Origin: Candidatus Krumholzibacteriia bacterium
Lineage (GTDB): Bacteria; Krumholzibacteriota; Krumholzibacteriia; LZORAL124-64-63
Assembly: GCA_014859985.1 (NCBI GenBank)
Contig: JACZKN010000092.1
Location: 5,980-69,979 of the forward strand
Length of the DNA: 64,000 bases
Reading direction: 5' to 3'
Below the pieces are notes generated by a model. That model did no database searches, had not been told where the DNA came from, and was given only the letters and a program-made list of their open reading frames with translations. A program made the translations under genes and the position numbers. Shown piece by piece: positions 19,457 to 27,003 of this stretch (positions are counted from its first letter, which is position 1; every line of letters starts with the position of its first letter).

Positions 19457-19834
19457 TCACTCCCACATCATGTCTGCACGGCCATCGCCCGAGAGAAAGG
19501 CTGCGTCCGGGGCATTCGGTTCGAAGATGAAGCGCACGGGCAGACCCTCTCTCAGGGTGAAGACCGAGTCTCCGAGGGCTACCTTCGGTTTGAGTCGCGA
19601 CCAGGTATGCGCCGCGTCGTCGAAGACCCAGAACGACATGGTGACCGTCCCCAGGTCGGGCAACGCATACATGTCGAGGATGTGCGCCTTCTTCGATCCC
19701 ACCGGGCCGGTCCCGTAGAAAGGCACCCAGCCGGTGGCTTCGGCAACCGCACCATCCTGCGCAGCCAGGCCCAGCAGAGGAAGCCACATAGCAGCCACGA
19801 CCAGCAGCACCAAGCAGATGATCTTCGTTCTCAC
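19457..19834 (-). CDS. secreted hypothetical protein
   Basis: Signal peptide MRTKIICLVLLVVAAMWLPLLGLAA. Confidence 0.35.
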   Translation of the reverse strand: MRTKIICLVLLVVAAMWLPLLGLAAQDGAVAEATGWVPFYGTGPVGSKKAHILDMYALPDLGTVTMSFWVFDDAAHTWSRLKPKVALGDSVFTLREGLPVRFIFEPNAPDAAFLSGDGRADMMWE

Positions 19835-19892
19835 GTTCCAACCTCTCCATTCCGCCCCTTATCTGGGGCACCCAGCAGGCCTTGTAGCTCAC

Positions 19893-21401
19893 TCAATGAG
19901 TCGCTGACTCCATTTCCTCGTTCTTCTCTTCCTCATCGCCCTCGGAGTCCTTGGGCTGGTCTTCTGCCGGCTCGTCCGTAGCCACCGTTTCCCCCGAGAT
20001 CGACAGTCCGTACTCCTTGGCTAGCGCCTGCTCCCGGGCCAGTTCGGCGAAGACGTCCTCGATGTCCTCGCCCTTCTCAGCCAGGAACCCGGTCCTTGTC
20101 CCCAGACCGTTCTGGATCGACAGTACGGCGGCCTTGGCTTCCTTCTCGGGATCGATCCACTGCCAGCCACGAGGACGATGGCGGACGGACATGTAGCGGG
20201 AGGGATCGCGAGAGGAGAGCTTCAGGCTGCCCGTTAGCAGCGCCATGCCGAGCCAGGCCGAGTACAGCGGCCGCCGCCACATGTCGATGAAGTCCTGCTG
20301 GATGGAGCGCCAGTCGTCCCGTTCGACCAGCGCGAAGCTGCGCATGGTGGAGTAGCTGACGCCCTCGGCGTCGTTGGCCAGCACGTTGTAGAACACGCTG
20401 AACCCCGAGGCGATCTTCCGGAGCATCTGCTTGATGAACGCCGGGAACTGCGCCGTTGGATGGTCCGGCTCCCAGGCCTTGAACTCGTAGCCATCAGGGA
20501 CAATCTCGAACGTCCCCGGGTTGGCCTCCATGGTGGCAGGCCGTGGATCGCTGGCCAGGTCGCCGGCCAGGGAGTCGGCTCGCTTCTCGAACAGCCCCAT
20601 CTTCGAGGCGCCGATCCGTGCAGCGACGGCCTCCGACTCCTCATAGGCGTTGAGCATGTGCGCCGGGACCATGACCGAGTGGACCCACGTGACGCCTCTG
20701 GTCTGGTTCACGCGATCGGGGTCATAGAGGTGGAGCATCTCCGCAGCCGGGATGAAGTACCGCTCCCGCATCAGGTCAGTACCGACGGAGTCCCAGATCC
20801 AGTAGCCCACCGGTCGCCCGATGGCGTCGATCTCTACGCCCATGCGGATCTCGTTCTGGGAGCCGCGGCGGGGACGGTTGAATGTCTCGTCGATCAGGTC
20901 AGCGTCGATCGCTTGCAAGGCCAGGCCATGGGCATTGCCCTCGAATCCACGCCAGAGGCGGACGAAGGCCTCGCCGTCGCAAGCCACGGTCTTGAGGATC
21001 AGCTTCTCGAAGCGGCGCAACGTGAGCCGGCCGTCGACCGTCACCGGGGCGCTGGCCCAGGCATTCCACGCCTCATCGATGGCGGCGTTGGCCTTCGAGT
21101 CGGGCTGGTCCCCGGCCCAGACCTGGGCCTGGAGCTTGATCCCCATCGGTCCGATGACGTTGGTCACCAGCAGGCGGAAGTAGCGTTTGACGTAGCTGTT
21201 GTTGCGGCCGAGCTCGCGGGCGCGGGCCCGCAGCATGCGGATGTCGCCGCGGACTTCCTCGTCCGCGGACCGGGTCTGGGCGATCCAGTCCAGGAGCAGG
21301 CGGTGGACTCCCGCCCCGTCAAACACGCCGCGCTGACCGCGCAACTCCCGCCAGGCTGAACGAAACGCGCGACCGAGGCGCTTGTGCAGCGGTCGCTTCA
21401 T
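19893..21401 (-). CDS. phage portal protein, lambda (gpB) family
   Basis: ~500 aa; C-terminal region aligns by eye with lambda gpB (G.SY..L..M.S.S..R...W pattern); acidic C-terminal tail. Confidence 0.65.
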   Translation of the reverse strand: MKRPLHKRLGRAFRSAWRELRGQRGVFDGAGVHRLLLDWIAQTRSADEEVRGDIRMLRARARELGRNNSYVKRYFRLLVTNVIGPMGIKLQAQVWAGDQPDSKANAAIDEAWNAWASAPVTVDGRLTLRRFEKLILKTVACDGEAFVRLWRGFEGNAHGLALQAIDADLIDETFNRPRRGSQNEIRMGVEIDAIGRPVGYWIWDSVGTDLMRERYFIPAAEMLHLYDPDRVNQTRGVTWVHSVMVPAHMLNAYEESEAVAARIGASKMGLFEKRADSLAGDLASDPRPATMEANPGTFEIVPDGYEFKAWEPDHPTAQFPAFIKQMLRKIASGFSVFYNVLANDAEGVSYSTMRSFALVERDDWRSIQQDFIDMWRRPLYSAWLGMALLTGSLKLSSRDPSRYMSVRHRPRGWQWIDPEKEAKAAVLSIQNGLGTRTGFLAEKGEDIEDVFAELAREQALAKEYGLSISGETVATDEPAEDQPKDSEGDEEEKNEEMESATH

Positions 21402-22003
21402 CGGTCAAACCCAGGCTTGGTGAACGACACGAGCACCGGTCGCGTGAAGGACCCGGGATTCTTGAGACCCGCCAGGCGGGACTCGAGGCTCGCCAGGAGG
21501 CTCATCGCCTCCTTGATCGGCATCTTGGCGACAACGCGCCCGGCGATCTGGTAGCTCTCCATCCCCGCGGGCAGACGACCCTCGATGTGGGCCCGCAGCA
21601 TCGTGATCGCCCGCTCGATCCACTCCTGCTCGCTGCCTTCGGAGGCCTCGGCCAGATTGGGCAGCACCGTGACGGTGCCGCGACCTACCTCGTAGACCTC
21701 GCCGCCGCTGTTCGAGACCCGCTCGACCCACTTGTACAGTCCCGCGACGAATCCACCCTCGGTATCGGGTGCCTCGATGGTGACGAGGAACTCGTCGCCG
21801 TCGGTAGCCGCTGTCTTCGCGAGCACGCTCGCGCCCGCCAGATGGACCCGGAGCGTCCACCCGGCAGAGGCCGGGTAATCGACCAACCGCCTGCGGTAGC
21901 AGACGGTGGTGCCGGCGGCGAACTGATCGGGGAGATTTGCGAGTTCCTGTGCCATGCGCCCACGGTGCCACCGCTCGCGTAACCCCACCAATCTAAATGA
22001 CAT
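21398..22003 (-). CDS. hypothetical phage protein upstream of portal (start uncertain; ATG 22003 lies inside a palindrome, alternative ATG 21955)
   Basis: 201-aa ORF coupled (ATGA) to portal. Confidence 0.35.
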   Translation of the reverse strand: MSFRLVGLRERWHRGRMAQELANLPDQFAAGTTVCYRRRLVDYPASAGWTLRVHLAGASVLAKTAATDGDEFLVTIEAPDTEGGFVAGLYKWVERVSNSGGEVYEVGRGTVTVLPNLAEASEGSEQEWIERAITMLRAHIEGRLPAGMESYQIAGRVVAKMPIKEAMSLLASLESRLAGLKNPGSFTRPVLVSFTKPGFDR

Positions 22004-22012
22004 TTAGATTGG
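21988..22012. repeat. perfect 25-bp palindrome CCAATCTAAATGACATTTAGATTGG between divergent portal-side and capsid-side genes
   Basis: Read directly; both strands begin ORFs with ATG(A/T)CATTTAGATTGG because of the symmetry. Confidence 0.9.
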
Positions 22013-22024
22013 TCCGGTTTTCGC

Positions 22025-22049
22025 GGATGCATCACTACTGGATGCATGA
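22025..22049 (+). promoter_or_regulatory. direct repeats GGATGCAT(C/G)A x2 (each containing palindromic ATGCAT) overlapping the capsid gene start
   Basis: ggatgcatcactactggatgcatga read directly. Confidence 0.4.
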
Positions 22050-24025
22050 ACACGCAAAGCGCCATCAAGACACGCACCGTCAAGGTGCCACGGATCCAGT
22101 ACCGGGACTTCGAGGTCGAGGTCGAGGCCCGCGCCGGAGACGAAGAAGGCCAGATCCGGCTCTACCCCGTGTCCTTCTCCAGCGAGGCTCCCGTCCGCCG
22201 CTACTCCTGGGACAACTGGGAGGAGTACGACGAGGTCCTGTCCCACAAGGCCAGCGACGTCGACCTCAGCAGGGCCAAGAACGGCCTGCCCCTGATCAAG
22301 TCCCACCAGCGCCTTCTGCACTTCGGCTCGGTCAACGATATCGATCTCGACGAGAAACGCGGCCGCCTTCGCGGCAATGCGAGCTTCTCGTCGATCCCGT
22401 TGGGCCAAGAGCAGGAGACGATGCTCCGCGAGGGGCACATCAAGACCGTCTCGGTGGGCTACCAGGTCCTGTCGATGGAAATGGTCACCAAGGACAAGAA
22501 GTCGGGCCTGGCGACCTACCGCTGCCGCTGGATGCCCTACGAGGTCTCCACCGAACCCATTCCCGCCGACCACAAGGTCGGCTTCGGGCGCACGCGAGGC
22601 GCATCCGAGGTCGACCTGGTCGAGTTCACGATCGAAGAGCCCGCCCCAGAAGGAGAACGAACCATGAGTGTCGAAGCAGGAACCCCGCCCGCCGCGGTCG
22701 AACGGCCCGCCACGGGCACCGAGACCCGAGAAGCGCCGGCGGCGTCCGCGCCGGCACCCAAGGTCACCGAGACCCGGGATCGCGGCGCCGAAGCGGCCGA
22801 GATCATGGACATGGCCCAGGCCCACGGCCTGACCGACAAGGCCTCCGGCTGGATCCGGCAGGGATTCACCCCGGACCAGGTCTCACGTGAGATCCTCAAG
22901 TCCGTCCGTACCCACGGTCCCGGCCAGCCGTCGGCTGAAGCGCTGGCAGCAATGCCGGCCAAGGACAGGAAGCGCTACTCTATCCACCGCGCGATCCGCA
23001 TGCAGGCCGAACTGATGGACGGTAAGCGCAGCCGGTACGACGGGCTCGAGGCCGAGGTCCACGAGGAACTCACCAAGCACCGCACCGGCGCGGACCACGG
23101 CGGCGTGCTGGTGCCGTGGCGTCTGAGCGATGACGACCAGCAGCGCGTCCTGGGCACGACCCAGCCCTCGGGCGGCGCGACCGTGGTCGGCCAGCAGATC
23201 ATGCCCGACATGATCGATCTGCTGCGCAACCGTGCTCTCGTGCTGGTCGCGGGTGCCAAGCTCTATCCGGGCCTGCAGGGTGTGGTCTACTTCAACAAGA
23301 AGACCGGCGCTCCGAGCGTGACCTGGATGGAAGAGAACCCGCCCGCCGACGCCCCCCAGTCCGAGCCCGCGTACGGTTACGTGTCGCTCTCGCCCAAGAC
23401 CCTGATTGGCCAGGTGCAGATCCCCCGGCAGCTGCTGGTGATGTCCTCGATCGACGTCGAGGCCGACATCCGCAGCGACCTGGCGACCGGCCACGGCCTG
23501 GCCCTGGATCTCGGCGCGCTGCACGGCAAGGGCACGGACAAGCAGCCGGTGGGCATCTACGGAGCGGCCGACGTGCAGTCCCACGGCGTGGGCGGCGTGC
23601 CCGACCTGACGGACATCACCACGATGCCTGCCCTGGTCGCGGACAAGAACGCCGACCTCGGGGCGCTGTCCTGGATGACCACCCCGCTGATGGCCGGCGT
23701 GCTCAAGCGCACGCCCCTGGTCACCGGCTACCCGGTCTTCCTGTGGGCCGGCACCTACCGCGAGGGCGAGCTCGGCGGCTACCCCGCCCGCACCACGAAC
23801 CAGATCTCCAAGACCCTGGGGGCCGGCAGCAACGAGCACGGCCTCGTCTTCGGCAACTGGAACGACCTGCTGGTGGGCATGTGGGGCAACGACCTCGAGA
23901 TCGTGGTCGACGTCGTAACCAAGGCCGCCCGCGGCCAGATCCTGATCACCAGCTACTCGATGGCCGACACCGCCGTCCGCCGCGGCGAGTCGTTCGTCAA
24001 GGGCACCGGCGCCCTGCTGTCGTAG
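22046..24025 (+). CDS. prohead protease/scaffold-like N-terminal domain fused to HK97-fold major capsid protein
   Basis: 659 aa; C-terminal half (SGGATVVGQQIMPDMIDLLRNRALVLVAGAKLYPG...) typical of HK97-family MCP; N-terminal ~280 aa resembles HK97-type prohead protease. Confidence 0.65.
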   Translation: MNTQSAIKTRTVKVPRIQYRDFEVEVEARAGDEEGQIRLYPVSFSSEAPVRRYSWDNWEEYDEVLSHKASDVDLSRAKNGLPLIKSHQRLLHFGSVNDIDLDEKRGRLRGNASFSSIPLGQEQETMLREGHIKTVSVGYQVLSMEMVTKDKKSGLATYRCRWMPYEVSTEPIPADHKVGFGRTRGASEVDLVEFTIEEPAPEGERTMSVEAGTPPAAVERPATGTETREAPAASAPAPKVTETRDRGAEAAEIMDMAQAHGLTDKASGWIRQGFTPDQVSREILKSVRTHGPGQPSAEALAAMPAKDRKRYSIHRAIRMQAELMDGKRSRYDGLEAEVHEELTKHRTGADHGGVLVPWRLSDDDQQRVLGTTQPSGGATVVGQQIMPDMIDLLRNRALVLVAGAKLYPGLQGVVYFNKKTGAPSVTWMEENPPADAPQSEPAYGYVSLSPKTLIGQVQIPRQLLVMSSIDVEADIRSDLATGHGLALDLGALHGKGTDKQPVGIYGAADVQSHGVGGVPDLTDITTMPALVADKNADLGALSWMTTPLMAGVLKRTPLVTGYPVFLWAGTYREGELGGYPARTTNQISKTLGAGSNEHGLVFGNWNDLLVGMWGNDLEIVVDVVTKAARGQILITSYSMADTAVRRGESFVKGTGALLS

Positions 24026-24048
24026 CCAGGCACGAAGGGATAGATCGC

Positions 24049-24354
24049 ATGACGGAGCAAGGCACGCTCACCATCGAGGTCACCACCGGTCATTGCCTAG
24101 GAGGCGAAGGCAACGACGTCACCCCCGGCCAGATCCTGGTGGCCCCGAAGGACCTGTCGATCGCGGACGCCCGCAAGAAGGTCCGGATGGGCTACGCCCG
24201 CGTCATCCCGTCCGTGCCCGAGGCGGGTCCGGAGGCTCCCGCGGCCTCCGGGCCCGCCACCATCAGCCACCAAGACCCGGCCCCAGAGGATCGGGACCCA
24301 GATACCCAAGCGCAGACAAAGCGCAAAGGCCGGCCACGAGCCGGCGGGAGGTAA
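24049..24354 (+). CDS. small phage hypothetical protein
   Basis: Internal ATG at 24049 in structural operon. Confidence 0.3.
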   Translation: MTEQGTLTIEVTTGHCLGGEGNDVTPGQILVAPKDLSIADARKKVRMGYARVIPSVPEAGPEAPAASGPATISHQDPAPEDRDPDTQAQTKRKGRPRAGGR

Positions 24355-24358
24355 CCGC

Positions 24359-24748
24359 ATGACCCACCTACTGAACGCCCTGGCCCAGGCCGTGAGCGGG
24401 GAACTCGCTCCGGCCGCCCGGCGGACCACGACTCTGACCGGGACCGGGATCGACGTGCTCGAGTACGAGGGTGTAGCCCTGGTCCTGCTGAACGCGTCGG
24501 CCGGCACCGGGACAAGCCCCACCCTGGACGTGAAGCTCCAGCACTCGGACGACGACTCGACCTACGAGGATGTCACCAGCGGCGCGTTCACCCAGGTCAC
24601 AGATGTGGCTGAGACCGCCGGCGTGCGGGTCATGAAACTGAACGTTTCGGACCTGAAGCGCTACCTGCGGGTGGTCGGCACCATCGCCGGCACCACGCCG
24701 TCGTTCGACTTCGGTGTGGAGTTCGTCGGGATCACGAAGGCGGGCTGA
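24359..24748 (+). CDS. phage structural hypothetical protein
   Basis: Position in head module. Confidence 0.4.
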   Translation: MTHLLNALAQAVSGELAPAARRTTTLTGTGIDVLEYEGVALVLLNASAGTGTSPTLDVKLQHSDDDSTYEDVTSGAFTQVTDVAETAGVRVMKLNVSDLKRYLRVVGTIAGTTPSFDFGVEFVGITKAG

Positions 24749-24751
24749 GCC

Positions 24752-25057
24752 ATGACCCTCGGCGGCTTCGACATCGCCGCGATGCTCGCGGACCTGGCAG
24801 AGGCCGGTGGCACGGTCGAGGTCACTCTCGGCGACACCACCGTCTTCGGTCTGATGGACCGCGAGGCCGTCGAGATCCTCGGCGGGGAGATGCCAGCCAT
24901 CGTCGCCGCCGATGAGATCGTCCATGTGCAGAGCGGGGTGTTGCCGGGCTTGCAGTCCGGAGCCGCCATCACCGTGGGCGGTACCGCCTACAACGTCCTG
25001 AAGGTCCTTCCCTACGGGGACGGGGCCATGGTCCGAGTCGCGTTGAGGACGTCATGA
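24752..25057 (+). CDS. putative head-tail connector protein
   Basis: Position and size; overlaps neighbours by 4 nt. Confidence 0.35.
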   Translation: MTLGGFDIAAMLADLAEAGGTVEVTLGDTTVFGLMDREAVEILGGEMPAIVAADEIVHVQSGVLPGLQSGAAITVGGTAYNVLKVLPYGDGAMVRVALRTS

Positions 25058-25524
25058 GCACGATCCGCGAGCAGATCGTCTCGGCTGCAGTCCTGGCGCT
25101 GACCACGGACGCGCCCGTTGGCGTTCCCGCACCCGTGCGGACGCGCCTGGACTCACCTGGCGCAGACCAACTGCCCGCGCTGACGGTCTACCAGGGCACC
25201 GAGACGGTCGATCCGATGCGGGATGCCAAGACGGGCACAGCAAGCCGTGGCCCCATCGTGAGGCGTTCGGTGCTTCTGAGCGTCGAGGTCCTGACCAAGG
25301 CCGCGGCTGGAGACGAGCCCGACAAGGCCGCTGATCCGATGCTCGCCTGGGCTACGGCTTCGCTGGCAGCAGCCGGCACGTTCGGTGGTCTGGCCAACGG
25401 TCCGGCCGACGAGCTCGGCACGAAGTTCGAGTACGAGCAGGCCGAGACGTCGTTCTGCCGGGCCACCCAGACGTTCCGAGTCGATTACCAGTCCCGCGCC
25501 GATGACGCGGAGAACCTGACCTAA
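25054..25524 (+). CDS. putative head-tail joining/tail completion protein
   Basis: Position. Confidence 0.35.
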   Translation: MSTIREQIVSAAVLALTTDAPVGVPAPVRTRLDSPGADQLPALTVYQGTETVDPMRDAKTGTASRGPIVRRSVLLSVEVLTKAAAGDEPDKAADPMLAWATASLAAAGTFGGLANGPADELGTKFEYEQAETSFCRATQTFRVDYQSRADDAENLT

Positions 25525-25537
25525 GAGGGAGGAAGCC

Positions 25538-26305
25538 ATGCCCGAGGTCGTCAACGGCAACAATATCCTGCTCGGCAGGGGCAAGATCTACTTCGACCGT
25601 TTGAACGCGAGCGGCGTACGCACCGGCGAGCTGTTCCTGGGCAATTGCCCCACGTTCGAGGTCACGCCTACGAGCGAGGACATCAAGAAGTACTCGAGCG
25701 CCGATCGGTCGGCCGACCTGATCGCCTCGGACGTGCTGCGCACCACGCTCGCCATCCGCATCGTAGGCGACGAGTTCTCCAAGGAGAACCTGGCCATGGC
25801 CCTGTTCGGCGACACGGCCACGCTGGCTCAGACAGGCTCGACCGTCACCGCCGAGGAAATCGCTGGCGTCCTGCAGGGCCGGTACTACGCGCTGGCCATG
25901 CGCCAGGTGAGCCTGGTCACGGTGACAGGGACGGGCGGCACCCCCACCTACGACGTGGACGATGACTACAAGGTCGATGCCATCACCGGCCGCATCTACA
26001 TCGTCGAGGGCGGTGCGATCACCGACGACACGGACATCGAGGTGGACTACACCTACGGCACCATCGCCCTGCCGACCGTCCGCGGCATGAACCAGACCTC
26101 GATCAAGGGCTACCTGCGGTTCATCGGCGACCCTGCGCGCGGCCCCAAGTACGAGTGCGAGATCTGGCGGGCGTCGATTCGCGCAGACGGAGCCATCGGG
26201 TTCATCTCCGACGAGTACGCGAGCTTCACCCTGACCGGGGACATCGAGTCCGACGCGTCGAACCACCCGAACGAGCCGCATTACCGGCTGATCAGGATCG
26301 CGTGA
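25538..26305 (+). CDS. putative major tail protein
   Basis: 255 aa immediately upstream of chaperone pair and tape measure. Confidence 0.45.
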   Translation: MPEVVNGNNILLGRGKIYFDRLNASGVRTGELFLGNCPTFEVTPTSEDIKKYSSADRSADLIASDVLRTTLAIRIVGDEFSKENLAMALFGDTATLAQTGSTVTAEEIAGVLQGRYYALAMRQVSLVTVTGTGGTPTYDVDDDYKVDAITGRIYIVEGGAITDDTDIEVDYTYGTIALPTVRGMNQTSIKGYLRFIGDPARGPKYECEIWRASIRADGAIGFISDEYASFTLTGDIESDASNHPNEPHYRLIRIA

Positions 26306-26874
26306 TGACCGAGAAACACACGATCGGCGGCCGCACGTTCCTGCCGCTGCGCGAATCAACCGTCGAGCAGGACTTCCGGTTCTTGGCCCTGATCAATCGG
26401 GCCCGGATCGACGAGGTGGTCATGCAGCCCGGCGAGAGCCCCGAGGCCTTCGCCCGGCGGCTGATGGAGGTGACGATCGAAAGCGGCGCGATCCTGGACC
26501 TTCTCGGGTGCCTCCTGATCCCGGAGGACATCGCACCCCAGGACCGGGACCCCGGGGAGGCCTGGACCCCAGAGGTTGGACGCGAAACCGCCCGGTTCCT
26601 TGGGCAGCTACGGGACCCCAAGGACAAGGCGGAGGTGCGAAGTCTGGTCCTGTCGCTGCTGGTCTCTTTTTTCGAGAGCGGGATCGTCTCTTTGTGGACT
26701 TCGACGACATCCTCCACCGAGGCGATCCCGAACCCCAAGACAGGCCAGGCATCCCCGGCCGGTACGGCCCCTGGACCGAGCTCGTCGGAGAGCTTGCCGC
26801 AGGCGACCACGACCGAGCCGAGCGGATCGTCCGCTGGCCGCTCCGGGTCGCCCTCGCCTCCTACCGCCGGGTGA
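26305..26874 (+). CDS. tail assembly chaperone (G-like), with probable -1 frameshift extension to 27017
   Basis: Gene between major tail and tape measure; overlapping ORF 26508..27017 in the -1 frame runs to the TMP start. Confidence 0.45.
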   Translation: MTEKHTIGGRTFLPLRESTVEQDFRFLALINRARIDEVVMQPGESPEAFARRLMEVTIESGAILDLLGCLLIPEDIAPQDRDPGEAWTPEVGRETARFLGQLRDPKDKAEVRSLVLSLLVSFFESGIVSLWTSTTSSTEAIPNPKTGQASPAGTAPGPSSSESLPQATTTEPSGSSAGRSGSPSPPTAG

Positions 26875-27003
26875 TGAAAGAGCAGGCGCTCGAGGACTAC
26901 CGCCACAGGTTCCTCTGCTGGTGCGTCCTGGCACCGCATAGCGCCAAGGGATCGCGACCGCGGCCGCCGGCCGTGCCCGATATCCTGAGAGGAAGGTCCA
27001 CCG

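Noticed and set aside
21988-22012. Palindrome as a fold-back assembly artefact
   Set aside because: Flanking sequence beyond the 25 bp is not symmetric, so this is not an inverted duplication chimera; kept as a real feature but flagged for read-level checking.
21997-22890. 297-aa plus ORF starting in the palindrome
   Set aside because: Arg-rich out-of-frame translation of the capsid gene region; the 22046 frame gives the HK97-like protein.
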